A stretch of 64,000 nt of DNA from an uncultured Gemmatimonadaceae bacterium (GTDB lineage: Bacteria; Gemmatimonadota; Gemmatimonadetes; Gemmatimonadales; Gemmatimonadaceae), in the NCBI GenBank assembly GCA_963761305.1, contig CAVXGK010000002.1, positions 352,001 to 416,000 on the forward strand, read 5' to 3'. The notes beneath the pieces were generated by a model that made no database searches, was not told where the DNA came from, and saw nothing but the letters and a program-made list of their open reading frames with translations. The position numbers and the translations under genes are program-made. Of this stretch, positions 1 through 10,480 are shown one piece after another. How positions within the stretch are numbered: the first letter of the stretch is position 1; each line of letters opens with the position of its first letter.

Positions 1-1390
1 GAAGGTCGGCGGCTTCCCACGCGTCCATCCCGCCGTGGAGCGTGGCGACGTTCGTGAAACCCTTCGCCTGAAGCATGCTGGCCGCAATCGACGCCCGCGT
101 GCCGCCCTGACAGTGCAGCACGATGGGCAGATCGCGCGGCAGCTCGTCGCTCGACCTGGGAAGGTCGCCGAGAAAGTGGTGGCGCGCGTCCGGGATGTGG
201 CCGGCGTCCCACTCGGCGGCGCCCCGCACGTCGATCACGGTTCTGTGATTCTCGTTCGCCACGTCCGCCACCTCGAGCTGCGTCACGCGTCCCAGCTCGC
301 CGGCGGCCGCCCACTCGTCGCGCGCCGTCTGCCCGGCCCATCCCGTCACGCGGTCGAAGCCGACGAGCGCCAACATGCGCCGGGCACTTGCGACGCGCGT
401 CGCGTCGTCGGCCAGAAGAACGACGTCGCGCTCAGGGTCGAGCAGCGAGCCGGCCCACGTCGCGAACGAGTCGCCGAACGGAATGGACATCGATCCGGGA
501 ATGTGCGCCCGCGCGAACTGCGCGCTCGGCCGCGCGTCGATCGCGATCGACGTTTGCAGCGCGCGCCGAAGGTCGGCGGCATGCAGCTCGGGAAGCGCGT
601 CATCTCGCGGCATGGGTGGCGGACCCTCGCGGTTCAGCGACTTCATTCGCGCGAAGTACTTCGGCGGTTCCGGCTGGCCGGACAGTACGGCGCGGACGAA
701 CGCGTCTTCGCTCTCCGCTTGGAACGCCCAGTTCACAAGACGCTCATAGCCGAGCGTCGTCGACGGCATCGCGCCGAGGGCTTTGCCGCAGGCCGACCCG
801 GGCCCGTGTCCGGGCCACACCTGAAGGTGCGCGGGAAGAGAATCCGTGGTGCGCAGCGACCGGTAGAGGCGCCGAGCCATGGGCTCCATCGTCCCGCCGA
901 CGTTTGCCGCGCGTTCCAACAGGTCGGGGCGTCCGACGTCGCCGGCGAATAGAAAATCGCCGGAGAACATGCCCACCGGGACGTCGCCAAGCGTCGTGTC
1001 GGTGACGACGAAACTCACGTGCTCCGGTGTGTGCCCCGGTGTGTGCCGCACGTCGACTTGCAGCGTGCCCACGTCGAATCGGTCGCCATCGCGCAGGAGC
1101 CGCGCGCCACCGTCCGCCGCGAACGCATACTGCCAACCGCGACCGCCTTCGCCAGACAACAACAGCTGCGCGCCGGTGCGCCGGGCCAGCTCGCGCGCAC
1201 CCGAGAGGAAATCGGCGTGGATGTGCGTTTCCGTCACGGCCTCGATTTTCACGTGCGCGCGCGCCGCGGCTTCGATGTACCGCTCGACGTCGCGATTCGG
1301 GTCGACGATCATCGCCAGCGACGTCTGGTCGCAGGCAACGAGGTATGCGGCTTGCGCAAGTCCGTCCTCGTAAATCCGCTTGAGAAGCAT
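1..1390 (-). CDS. MBL-fold metallo-hydrolase (persulfide dioxygenase-like) fused to rhodanese domains; 3' end runs off the window
   Basis: Manual translation from ATG at 1390: MLLKRIYEDGLAQAAYL...ETHIHADFLSG (HxHxD), HTPGHTPEH, GDFLFAGDVGRPDL, WPGHGPGSACGK; rhodanese segments HIPGS and VLHCQGGTRAS. Missing from the ORF track because it has no stop codon in the window. Confidence 0.9.
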   Translation of the reverse strand, partial: MLLKRIYEDGLAQAAYLVACDQTSLAMIVDPNRDVERYIEAAARAHVKIEAVTETHIHADFLSGARELARRTGAQLLLSGEGGRGWQYAFAADGGARLLRDGDRFDVGTLQVDVRHTPGHTPEHVSFVVTDTTLGDVPVGMFSGDFLFAGDVGRPDLLERAANVGGTMEPMARRLYRSLRTTDSLPAHLQVWPGHGPGSACGKALGAMPSTTLGYERLVNWAFQAESEDAFVRAVLSGQPEPPKYFARMKSLNREGPPPMPRDDALPELHAADLRRALQTSIAIDARPSAQFARAHIPGSMSIPFGDSFATWAGSLLDPERDVVLLADDATRVASARRMLALVGFDRVTGWAGQTARDEWAAAGELGRVTQLEVADVANENHRTVIDVRGAAEWDAGHIPDARHHFLGDLPRSSDELPRDLPIVLHCQGGTRASIAASMLQAKGFTNVATLHGGMDAWEAADL

Positions 1391-1438
1391 GCAGGAGAAT
1401 GCCTTGCCCTGCGCTGGTGCGCAACGCAGGATTCAGCG

Positions 1439-2779
1439 ATGCGCGCCGCGCTCGTCTTGTCTTTCGCGCTCGTCGGTGCTTCCGCCGTGCGTGCGCAAAC
1501 GATTGAGACCCCCGTGCCGTTCGACAGCGCGCACCGGGTGGTCGTCGTCACGCCACCGTTGGCCGAGCGGCTGCACCTCTCTGAGCCGGCGTGGCCGGTG
1601 CGCGGCGAGTATCGCGACGTTCGACTCTACGCATTGTCGCGGGGTGGCTTCGTGCTCGTCGCGCTGTTGCCCAACGGCGCGCTGCAACGCTACGAGCTGA
1701 CCGACACGCAGCGATCCACGCTCGGCGCCGCGATCGACGTCGCTCTGTTGGCATCGGGTCGCCCGAGCGGGCAAGTCGGCGCCGAACCGTCGGAGCCTGC
1801 CGGAAACGGCTACGCGCGGCACATCACGGTCCTCGGCGCTCTGATGTACGCCCCGCTGGCGGCCTCGCTGTTCGACGATGGCGCCGCCGCCGGCGCCGCG
1901 TACGTGCTGACAGCCGGCGGTACTTTTTTCATCTCGTATGGCGCGGCGCAGAGCGGGCAAATCACCCGTGCGCAAGCTGATCTGTCAGCCAACCTCGGGG
2001 TCGCGTCGGGGCTCGCGGCGCTCGGCGTCGGCTATGCGGCAACAGGCAACGCCGACAAGGGCGTGCGAGGCGCGACGCTCGCCGCGGCGACCATCGGGAC
2101 GATCGCCGGCGTGGGTCTCGGCCATCACCTCACCGACGCTGAGGCGCATGGGGTGACCGTCGGTATCGAGGGCGCGGGCGCCGCGGTGTGGGCGGTGGCC
2201 GCCGGCGCGGGCGCAACGGGACGCGGCATGGCGGCGGCCGTGGTCGCGAGCGAGCCGATCGGGTACTTGCTCGGTGTGAACTACCCGCGGGTCGCGTCGT
2301 ACACCGTGACGGCCGGCGATCTCAACGCGATGCAAACGGCGGGTCTCGTCGGAGGCTTGGTGGGAGGCGCGGTGATCAGCGGCGGCAAACCGAGTCCGCG
2401 CCAGACCGCGATCGGCGTGGGCGCCTCGTACGTCGCCGGACTGCTCATCGGGGACCTCGCGATCGCGCGCCCGTTCGACCTGACGACCTCCGAGGCGAAT
2501 GTCGTGACGATCGGCGCCTGGGCCGGCGGCATCATGGGGCTCGCCGTTCCTCTGATCGTGAGCTCGAGCAACACCCCGCTCATCTACGGGTCTGCCGCGG
2601 GTGGCGCGGCGATCGGTATGTCGGCCATGTTCAGTGCGACGAACGCCCGGCGCGCCGGTGCGCCGGAGCCGGCCAGCGGCCGCGACGCCTCGCATCTCGA
2701 CATCGGACCGGGATTGGGTGCGCTCGGCCTTCTGACGAAGACACCCGGCCGCTATCCGCTGGTTCGGTTCTCGTTCTGA
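1439..2779 (+). CDS. Hypothetical secreted/membrane protein, Gly/Ala-rich
   Basis: Signal-peptide-like MRAALVLSFALVGASAVRAQ at ATG 1439, many hydrophobic Gly/Ala-rich segments, ends in LVRFSF. Confidence 0.65.
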   Translation: MRAALVLSFALVGASAVRAQTIETPVPFDSAHRVVVVTPPLAERLHLSEPAWPVRGEYRDVRLYALSRGGFVLVALLPNGALQRYELTDTQRSTLGAAIDVALLASGRPSGQVGAEPSEPAGNGYARHITVLGALMYAPLAASLFDDGAAAGAAYVLTAGGTFFISYGAAQSGQITRAQADLSANLGVASGLAALGVGYAATGNADKGVRGATLAAATIGTIAGVGLGHHLTDAEAHGVTVGIEGAGAAVWAVAAGAGATGRGMAAAVVASEPIGYLLGVNYPRVASYTVTAGDLNAMQTAGLVGGLVGGAVISGGKPSPRQTAIGVGASYVAGLLIGDLAIARPFDLTTSEANVVTIGAWAGGIMGLAVPLIVSSSNTPLIYGSAAGGAAIGMSAMFSATNARRAGAPEPASGRDASHLDIGPGLGALGLLTKTPGRYPLVRFSF

Positions 2780-2853
2780 CGCTCATGACCAACGCGCCGC
2801 GGGCGCGTGTCGTAGACTTACAGCGAACGACTACCCCTCATCCCGACGTCGCC

Positions 2854-5800
2854 ATGAAACGCGCCCGACTCGCCGCACTCCTCACCGCCGCGCTCGCTGT
2901 CGTTTCCGCCGCGCAGGCACCCAAGAAGGTCCTCACCCAGGCCGACTGGGACAAATGGAAGTCGATCAACGCGCCCGCACTCTCCAACGATGGAAAGTGG
3001 GCCGTGTACACTCTCATTCCACAGGTCGGCGACGGCGAGTTGGTGATCCGTTCGACGAGCGGTACGACCGAGTTCCGCGTACCGCGCGGCTTCCTCGGAC
3101 GGCCGAACAACACGCCGGGTGGTTTGCGCGGACCGGCGGGCGGCACCGGCGAGGAGGATCCGACGGGTCCCGCGGCGGCGCCGGCACAGATCACGGCCGA
3201 CAGCCGATTCGTGCTCGTGAGCACACAAGCGTCGCAAGCCGAGGTGGAGAAAGCTGGGCGAGCGCGCAACGCGTCGTTGAATCGCCAGTCGCTGGCGATC
3301 GTGAGCTTGCCCGACGGCAAGGTCACGACGCTGGCGGGCGTCAGATCATTCCGCTTGGCGCGCGACAACGGGACGTGGGTCGCATACGTGCCGGAGCCCG
3401 ACAGCGGATCGGCTGATTCGACGAATCGCGGCGGTGGTGCTGCTGCAGCGGGTGGTGGACGCGGAGGTCGCGGCGGGCGCGGCGGCGGAGGTGGCGGCGC
3501 GCCGAGCAACCGACGACAGTTTGGATCGCCGCTCGTGCTGCGGAATCTTGCCACCGGCGCCGAAGAGCGGTTGACCGATGTGCTTGCGTTCGCGTTCGAC
3601 GACAGCGCCAAGGTGCTCGCGTACACGGTGGTCTCGCGTGACTCGACGAAGGACGGCGCGTTCCTCCGCACGATCGCCGGCGGCGCGACGACGACGCTGG
3701 CCTCGGGGCGCGGCGACTACAAGGGAATCGCGTTCGACCGCACCGGCACGCAGCTCGCTTTCCTTTCCGATCACGACGAATTCGGCGTCGGCGCCGGCGC
3801 TCGGCCGCGCTACACGCTGTATCTCGCGTCCGCCAAGGGCGGCGCCGCGCAGCCGATCGTGAATCCGTCGCAGGTGACGCCGGGGATGCACATCGCCGAC
3901 AACGCGGCGCCCGCGTTCACGCGCAGCGGCACGGCGATCACGTTCAGCGTCGCGCCGCCGCCGATCGATTCGGTGCCGTCGGACTCGCTCGTCGGCAAGG
4001 CGGTGTTCGATCTGTGGCACTATAAGGACCCCGTGCTTCAGCCGACGCAGCGTCTCAACGCGGCGCGCGATCGCAACAAGTCCTACCAGGCGATCTACTT
4101 CGCGTCGACGAAGAAGGTCGTGCAGCTCGCCGACGACTCGATTCCGAACGTGGCGCTGTCGGAAGACGGCAAGCTCGGTGTCGCGAACGCGGGCGAGCGC
4201 TATCAGATCGAACAGATGTGGGGCGAGGGCGGCCGCGACGTCTACGTCATCGACGCGACGACGAACGCGCGCAGGCTGATTCGCGAGAAGATCAACGGCA
4301 ACGCGCAGCTTTCGCCCGACGCCAAGTTCGTCGTCTTCTACGACCACACGCACTGGTACACGTACAACACGGCGACGGCGAAGCTCACCGATCTCACCGG
4401 CGCGCTGAAGGGCGTGCGATTCGACAACGAGACCGACGATCATCCCGATGAGACGCCGGCGTGGGGTCTCGCCGCGTGGACCAAAGGCGACAAGTCGGTC
4501 TTGCTGTACGACCGCTACGACGTCTGGGAATTCGATCCGACGGGCGCCAAGCCGCCCGTGAACGTCACCGACTCGGCCGGCCGCAAGAGCTCGATTCAGT
4601 TCCGGATCGAGATCGCCGGCGGCGGTCGCGGAGGGCGCGGCGGCGGTGGAGGTCGTGGCGGTTTCGGCGGCCCGGGCGGCGAAGATCGCGGCGTGATCGA
4701 TCCCGCCGAGCCGCTCATGCTGCACGCGGTGAACCAGGAGACGATGGCCAGCGGGTTCTATCGCACGCAGCTCGGCTCGCACAAGGAACCCGAGAAGATC
4801 GTGATGTCCGATCTCGCCTACGGCACGCCGGTCAAGGCGGGCAAGGCGGACGAGTGGATGATCACGAAGAGCACGTTCACGGACTTCCCGAACCTGTGGG
4901 TCGGTCCGTCGCTCACGAATCTCTCGCAGATCACCGACGCGAATCCGCAGCAGAAGGACTACAACTGGGGCACGGCGGAACTGGTGCGGTGGCGGAGCGC
5001 CGACGGCGTCGAGCTCAAAGGCATCCTCTACAAGCCGCAGAACTTCGATCCGAATAAGAAGTACCCGCTCATCGCGTACTTCTACGAGATCCTGTCCAAC
5101 AACCTCTATAGTTACGTGCCGCCGACCGGCCGCAACGTGATCAACCCGACGCATTACGTGTCGAACGGGTATCTCGTGTTCGAGCCGGACATCGTCTACG
5201 AGAACGGGTATCCGGGGCAGAGCGCGGTGCGGTCGATCGTCTCCGGCGTCGAAGCGCTGGAGCGGCGCGGCTTCGTCGACGAGAAACACCTCGGCATCCA
5301 GGGCCAGTCGTGGGGCGGATATCAGACCGCGTACACGATCACGCAGACGCACATGTTCGCCGCCGCGATGGCCGGTGCGCCGGTGGTCAACATGACCAGC
5401 GCGTACGGCGGCATCCGGTGGGGGACGGGCATCTCGCGCGAAGGCCAATACGAGCACGGCCAGAGCCGCATCGGCAAGTCGCTCGTCGAGGCGCCGCAGC
5501 TGTACATGCAGAACTCGCCGCTCTTCTACCTCGATCGGGTCACGACGCCGCTGTTCATCATGAACAACGACGCCGACGACGCCGTCCCGTGGTACCAGGG
5601 CATCGAGTTCTTCGTCAACATGCGCCGGCTTGGCAAGGAAGTCTACTTCATAGACTACAACAACGACGTGCACAACCCGGCGAGCCGCGCGAACCAGAAG
5701 GACATCGCCATGCGCATGCAGCAGTTCTTCGACAACAAGCTCAAAGGCGCGCCGGCGCCGGACTGGATGGTGCACGGCATCCCGTACGTCGCCAAGGGCA

Positions 5801-5862
5801 AGGACCAGCTCGGCCCGGCGCCGGTGCAAGCCGGCGGCATCACGCCCGAGAAAAAGCAGTAG
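2854..5862 (+). CDS. S9 family (prolyl oligopeptidase/dipeptidyl peptidase-like) secreted peptidase
   Basis: Signal peptide MKRARLAALLTAALAVVSAAQA, beta-propeller-like N-terminal region, nucleophile motif GQSWGG, Asp in DDAVPW, C-terminal His. Confidence 0.9.
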   Translation: MKRARLAALLTAALAVVSAAQAPKKVLTQADWDKWKSINAPALSNDGKWAVYTLIPQVGDGELVIRSTSGTTEFRVPRGFLGRPNNTPGGLRGPAGGTGEEDPTGPAAAPAQITADSRFVLVSTQASQAEVEKAGRARNASLNRQSLAIVSLPDGKVTTLAGVRSFRLARDNGTWVAYVPEPDSGSADSTNRGGGAAAAGGGRGGRGGRGGGGGGAPSNRRQFGSPLVLRNLATGAEERLTDVLAFAFDDSAKVLAYTVVSRDSTKDGAFLRTIAGGATTTLASGRGDYKGIAFDRTGTQLAFLSDHDEFGVGAGARPRYTLYLASAKGGAAQPIVNPSQVTPGMHIADNAAPAFTRSGTAITFSVAPPPIDSVPSDSLVGKAVFDLWHYKDPVLQPTQRLNAARDRNKSYQAIYFASTKKVVQLADDSIPNVALSEDGKLGVANAGERYQIEQMWGEGGRDVYVIDATTNARRLIREKINGNAQLSPDAKFVVFYDHTHWYTYNTATAKLTDLTGALKGVRFDNETDDHPDETPAWGLAAWTKGDKSVLLYDRYDVWEFDPTGAKPPVNVTDSAGRKSSIQFRIEIAGGGRGGRGGGGGRGGFGGPGGEDRGVIDPAEPLMLHAVNQETMASGFYRTQLGSHKEPEKIVMSDLAYGTPVKAGKADEWMITKSTFTDFPNLWVGPSLTNLSQITDANPQQKDYNWGTAELVRWRSADGVELKGILYKPQNFDPNKKYPLIAYFYEILSNNLYSYVPPTGRNVINPTHYVSNGYLVFEPDIVYENGYPGQSAVRSIVSGVEALERRGFVDEKHLGIQGQSWGGYQTAYTITQTHMFAAAMAGAPVVNMTSAYGGIRWGTGISREGQYEHGQSRIGKSLVEAPQLYMQNSPLFYLDRVTTPLFIMNNDADDAVPWYQGIEFFVNMRRLGKEVYFIDYNNDVHNPASRANQKDIAMRMQQFFDNKLKGAPAPDWMVHGIPYVAKGKDQLGPAPVQAGGITPEKKQ

Positions 5863-5946
5863 CCGAGGCACGCAGACTCGGAAAAGACTTCCTGAGTTCC
5901 GCTGGCGAGGCGGGCTGTCCAACGTAGATTTCCGCGACCGGTCCGA

Positions 5947-6987
5947 ATGCCAGCCATCGAGACTCGCGCTCTGCGCAAAGTGTACCCCGCGCCGCCGCCG
6001 CCGAAACGGCGCGGCGCGGGACCGATGGGGCCGGGTGGCCCGCCCGGCGCCAGCCCGATGGCGACTCCCGCCGCGAGCGCGGCGTGGCCGCGCGGCGAGA
6101 TCGTCGCCCTCAAAGGACTCGATCTCTCGATCGACGAGGGTGAGTTCTTCGGACTGCTCGGCCCGAACGGCGCCGGCAAGACGACGACGATCGGCATTCT
6201 CACCACGCGCGTCCGGCCGACGTCGGGCACCGCGGTGGTCGGCGGCGCCGACGTGCGCACCGACGCGGTTCGCGTACGGCAGCGCATCGGCGTCGTTCCA
6301 CAGCGGCCGAATCCCGACCGCAGCCTGAACGTCATCGAGAATCTGCAGTTTCACGCGGCGTACTTCGGCATCAACGCGGCGCACTCGGTTCCGCGCGCCA
6401 TGCAGCTGCTCGAGCAGCTCGGCATCGCCGACAAGGCGAACGCCAAGGTCGACGAGATGTCCGGCGGCCAGCAGCAGCGCCTCATGATCGCCCGCGCGCT
6501 GATCCACGAGCCGCACGTCATCTTCCTGGACGAACCGACGGTGGGTCTCGATCCGCAGACCCGCCTCGCGCTCTGGGACATTCTGCGCGCCCTGCACGCC
6601 GAGGGCCGCACGATCGTCATGACGACCCATTACATGGAAGAGGCCGACAAGCTCTGCGACCGCGTCGCGATCGTCGATCGCGGCGAGCTGCTCGAGCTCG
6701 ACACGCCCGCCGCGCTCAAACAACGCGCGCCGGGCGGAACGCTGATCGAGGTTTCGCTGTCCGGCGACGCGTCGGTCGTCGTGGACGCGGTGCGCGCCGT
6801 CGAAGGCGTGCTGCGTGCCGAGCCGCAGGGACGGTTGTTGCGTGTCTTCAGCGACCGCGGTGGGCGCGTGATCTCGCCGGTGATTCAGGCGGCCGAGGAG
6901 CGCGGTACGTCCGTCGCCAACATCACGCTCACCGAGCCAAGCCTCGAGACGCTGTTCGTGTCCCGCACCGGGAGGAAACTCGATTGA
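5947..6987 (+). CDS. ABC transporter ATP-binding protein (DrrA-like exporter)
   Basis: Walker A GPNGAGKT, signature MSGGQQQR, Walker B IFLDEPT, H-loop TTHYM. Confidence 0.92.
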   Translation: MPAIETRALRKVYPAPPPPKRRGAGPMGPGGPPGASPMATPAASAAWPRGEIVALKGLDLSIDEGEFFGLLGPNGAGKTTTIGILTTRVRPTSGTAVVGGADVRTDAVRVRQRIGVVPQRPNPDRSLNVIENLQFHAAYFGINAAHSVPRAMQLLEQLGIADKANAKVDEMSGGQQQRLMIARALIHEPHVIFLDEPTVGLDPQTRLALWDILRALHAEGRTIVMTTHYMEEADKLCDRVAIVDRGELLELDTPAALKQRAPGGTLIEVSLSGDASVVVDAVRAVEGVLRAEPQGRLLRVFSDRGGRVISPVIQAAEERGTSVANITLTEPSLETLFVSRTGRKLD

Positions 6988-7829
6988 GCGCCGTCAGCGT
7001 GGTGTCGGGAGGAACGGCGGCCGAAGCGCGGAAGCCGTTGGGGACCGAGCATGCGGCGTCGGTCTGGTCGGTGTTTTTCGCGCTGTTGCGGCGCGATCTG
7101 CGGGTGGCGCGCAAGGAGATCGTCTTCTTCCTCGTGCGCACCACGATGCAGCCGCTGCTGTTTCTCGTCGTGTTCGGCTACCTGCTGCCGAAGATGAGCT
7201 TCGTCGGCAAGGGATATCAGACGGCGCTCCTGCCCGGGATTCTCGCCGTGAGCCTGAGTCTCTCGGCGATTCAATCCGTCGCGCTGCCGATGGTGCAGGA
7301 TTTCGGTTGGACCAAAGAGATCGAGGATCGCCTGCTCGCGCCCGTGCCGACGCTCGTCATCGCCGCCGAGAAGATCGTGTCGGCGATGTTGCAAGGGTTC
7401 ATCGCCGCGGCGTTCGTGCTGCCGGTTGCGCGCCTCGTGATGGGGCCGATGCCAGCGCTGACGCTGTCGCACGGTGGCGAAATCGTGATCATCGTGCTCC
7501 TCGGCTCGCTCGCCTTCTCGTCGCTCGGCATGTGGCTCGGCACGGCCATCGCGCCGCAGCAGATCGGCCTGATGTTCAGCGTGATCATCGCGCCGATGCT
7601 GTTCTTCGGGTGCGCGTACTACCCGTGGCGCGGCCTCGACGTCGTTCCGGTGATGAAATACCTGGTGCTCGTGAACCCGATGGTCTACGTGGCGGAGGGC
7701 ATGCGCGGCGCGCTCACCCCGGCCGTTCCGCACATGCCGTTCCCCGTCGTGATCGTCGCGCTCGTCGTGATCTCGACCTTCTTCTGGACCCTGGGCACCC
7801 GGAGCTTCTTCAAGCGCGCCATCGGATGA
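6984..7829 (+). CDS. ABC-2 type exporter permease
   Basis: About 6 TM segments, NPMVYVAEGMR ABC-2 motif; overlaps the ATPase stop (TTGA). Confidence 0.88.
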   Translation: MSAVSVVSGGTAAEARKPLGTEHAASVWSVFFALLRRDLRVARKEIVFFLVRTTMQPLLFLVVFGYLLPKMSFVGKGYQTALLPGILAVSLSLSAIQSVALPMVQDFGWTKEIEDRLLAPVPTLVIAAEKIVSAMLQGFIAAAFVLPVARLVMGPMPALTLSHGGEIVIIVLLGSLAFSSLGMWLGTAIAPQQIGLMFSVIIAPMLFFGCAYYPWRGLDVVPVMKYLVLVNPMVYVAEGMRGALTPAVPHMPFPVVIVALVVISTFFWTLGTRSFFKRAIG

Positions 7830-8431
7830 CCGGCGTTTCCGACGTCGGCCCCGATCCCATCGCGCGATTCGTCGCGCTCTTCGAAGAAGCTCAACGGTTG
7901 CCACGCACCGCCGTCCCCGAACCGACGGCATTCGCCCTCGCCACCGTCGATGAGCGCGGCGCGCCGAGCGTACGGATCGTCTTGCTCAAGCACGTGGACC
8001 GCGACGGGTTCGTGTTCTACACGAATCACGAGAGCCGGAAGGGACGCGAGCTGCTCGCCACGCGGCGCGCCGCGCTGTGCTTTCACTGGCAGCCGATGGA
8101 AGTGCAGGTGCGCGTGGAAGGCGACGCCGCGCCCGTGCGCGACGACGAGGCCGACGCCTACTTCGCCGGCCGCGCCCGCGGCAGCCAGATCGGCGCGTGG
8201 GCGTCGCGGCAGAGCCGTCCGATCGAACATCCCGGCGAGCTCGAGGCCCGCGTCGACGAGGTGTCGAAACGATTCGCCGGTGGACCCGTGCCCCGGCCGC
8301 CCTATTGGTCCGGCTTCCGCGTGGCTCCGAAGCGAATTGAATTCTGGAAGGGAAGGCCCGATCGTCTGCATATTCGCGACGTGTACGAGCGCAGCGGTAC
8401 CGACTGGCACATCAGTCGCCTTTATCCCTGA
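7826..8431 (+). CDS. pdxH: Pyridoxamine 5'-phosphate oxidase
   Basis: ATG at 7826 overlapping the upstream stop; motifs RIVLLK, FYTNHESRKG, QVRVEG, SQIGAWASRQS, PYWSG, EFWKGRPDRLH, RLYP. Confidence 0.93.
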   Translation: MTGVSDVGPDPIARFVALFEEAQRLPRTAVPEPTAFALATVDERGAPSVRIVLLKHVDRDGFVFYTNHESRKGRELLATRRAALCFHWQPMEVQVRVEGDAAPVRDDEADAYFAGRARGSQIGAWASRQSRPIEHPGELEARVDEVSKRFAGGPVPRPPYWSGFRVAPKRIEFWKGRPDRLHIRDVYERSGTDWHISRLYP

Positions 8432-8452
8432 CAATTCGATTATTTTCGGCGC

Positions 8453-10471
8453 ATGGCCACCACGACTCGCGTAACAGACGCTTCCTCGGGTTCCGCCGCC
8501 GAGAGCAACGGCGCCGCGTCTCCCCCCGCCGCCGGCGACGCGACGCCCACTGGATGGTCGATCGACGCCGCCCGCGCGCTCTACCGGATCGAAGGATGGG
8601 GCGCCGGTTTCTTCGACGTCAACGACGAAGGCCACGTCATCGTGCGGCCGGACAAGGACCGTCCCGACCACACCATCGACCTGTACGAGATCACCAACGA
8701 CCTCGAGGAGCAGGGCATCGCGCTGCCCGTGTTGCTGCGCTTCTCGGACATCCTCCGCTCGCGGATCGAGGACCTCACCACGCGCTTCGAGCAGGCGCGC
8801 GAGGAGTTCGGCTACACCGGCGGCTACACGACCGTCTACCCGATCAAGGTCAACCAGCAGCGGCACGTCATCGAAGAAATCGTCGAATTCGGAAAGGGGA
8901 TCCGCGTCGGGCTCGAGTGCGGCAGCAAGCCGGAGCTGCAAGCCATCCTCGGCCTGGGCGAAGACACCGACCATGTGATCGTGTGCAACGGCTACAAGGA
9001 CGAGGAGTTCATGCGCCTCGCCCTCATGGGCCAGAAGCTCGGCCACAAGGTGTTCATCGTCATCGAGCAGTTGAGCGAGATCGACGTGCTGCTCCAGGTG
9101 GCCGACGAGTTGGGCGTCACGCCGATCGCCGGTGTGCGCATCAAACTCGCGTCGCGCGGCTTCGGGCGATGGAAGGAGAGCGGCGGCGAGAAGTCCAAGT
9201 TCGGGCTCAACTCCGCGCAGCTCATGCAGGCAATCGACAAGCTGCGCGCCGCGAACCGGCTGGACATCATCAAGCTGATCCACTTCCACCTCGGCTCGCA
9301 GATCACGGATATCCGGTTCATCAAGCTCGGGCTCACCGAGCTGACGCGCTTTTACGTCGAGCTCCGCAAGCTCGGCCTCGACATCACGCACGTCGACGTG
9401 GGCGGCGGCCTGGGTGTGGACTACGACGGCACCAACTCGACGGCCGACGCGAGCGTGAACTACTCGCTGCAGGAGTACGCCAACGACGTGGTGTACACGC
9501 TTGCCGAGGCCTGTCGCGAGCACGAGATCCCGATGCCGCACATCATCAGCGAGTCGGGGCGGGCCCTCACGGCCCATCACGCGCTGCTCTTGATCAAGGT
9601 GATCGACGTCGAGTCGCAGGCCGACCGTCCGGTGCCGGAGCTGACGGAGGACGACCATCAGCTGTTGCACGAGATGCTGGCCGACCACCGCGACGCGTCG
9701 CGCAAGTCGGTCTCGAAGCGCCGCGTGCGCGAGATCTACCACGACATGACGTTCGACAAGGAGCGCGCGCAGGAGCTGTTCAACAGCGGCGTCTTCACGC
9801 TGCGCGAGCGCGCGCTGGCCGAGCAGATCTACTTCGCGACAGCGAACGTGCTGGCGAAATCGGTTTCGCGAAAGGCCGGCGACTTCGCCGACATCATCGC
9901 CGATCTCGACACGACGCTGGTCGACCGGTACTTCTGCAACTTCTCGCTCTTCCAGTCACTCCCGGACAGCTGGGCGATCGACCACGTCTTCCCGATCATG
10001 CCGATTCACCGCCTGAACGAGGAGCCGGCGCGCCGCGGCACGATCCAGGACGTGACGTGTGATTCCGACGGCAAGATCGACCGGTTCGCCGGCGAGAAGT
10101 CGTCCAACGCCAGCCTGGAGCTCCACGAGTTCCACGACGGCGAGCCCTACATGCTCGGCGTGTTCCTCACCGGCGCCTACCAGGAAATTCTCGGCGATCT
10201 GCACAACCTGTTCGGCGACACGAACGCGGTACACGTGCGGCTCGCGCCGCCGCCGAACGGCGGCTACGAGGTGACCGATCTCGTGCACGGCGACACAGTG
10301 ACAGAGGTGTTGAACTACGTGCAGTTCCGCGCGGCCGATCTCCTCCAGACGTTCCGCCGCAAGGTTGCCGCGGCGAAGCACATCACGCGTCAGGAAGCGA
10401 ACACGTTCATCGCCGACTACGTGGCCGGCCTCGAAGGCTACACGTACCTCGAGGGCGAAGCGGCGCAGTAG
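8453..10471 (+). CDS. speA: Biosynthetic arginine decarboxylase
   Basis: VYPIKVNQ (PLP lysine), GGEKSKFGL, HFHLGSQI, DVGGGLGVDYDG, ESGRA, CNFSLFQSLPDSWAI, TCDSDG, GAYQEILGDLHNLFG. Confidence 0.96.
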   Translation: MATTTRVTDASSGSAAESNGAASPPAAGDATPTGWSIDAARALYRIEGWGAGFFDVNDEGHVIVRPDKDRPDHTIDLYEITNDLEEQGIALPVLLRFSDILRSRIEDLTTRFEQAREEFGYTGGYTTVYPIKVNQQRHVIEEIVEFGKGIRVGLECGSKPELQAILGLGEDTDHVIVCNGYKDEEFMRLALMGQKLGHKVFIVIEQLSEIDVLLQVADELGVTPIAGVRIKLASRGFGRWKESGGEKSKFGLNSAQLMQAIDKLRAANRLDIIKLIHFHLGSQITDIRFIKLGLTELTRFYVELRKLGLDITHVDVGGGLGVDYDGTNSTADASVNYSLQEYANDVVYTLAEACREHEIPMPHIISESGRALTAHHALLLIKVIDVESQADRPVPELTEDDHQLLHEMLADHRDASRKSVSKRRVREIYHDMTFDKERAQELFNSGVFTLRERALAEQIYFATANVLAKSVSRKAGDFADIIADLDTTLVDRYFCNFSLFQSLPDSWAIDHVFPIMPIHRLNEEPARRGTIQDVTCDSDGKIDRFAGEKSSNASLELHEFHDGEPYMLGVFLTGAYQEILGDLHNLFGDTNAVHVRLAPPPNGGYEVTDLVHGDTVTEVLNYVQFRAADLLQTFRRKVAAAKHITRQEANTFIADYVAGLEGYTYLEGEAAQ

Positions 10472-10480
10472 CGCGCCGAG

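Noticed and set aside
3346..6723. 1125-aa minus-strand ORF and similar long antisense ORFs (e.g. 7685-9742, 27920-30283, 30305-32704, 56161-58137, 62321-63520)
   Set aside because: Shadow frames opposite well-supported genes in high-GC DNA; Arg-rich and without motifs.
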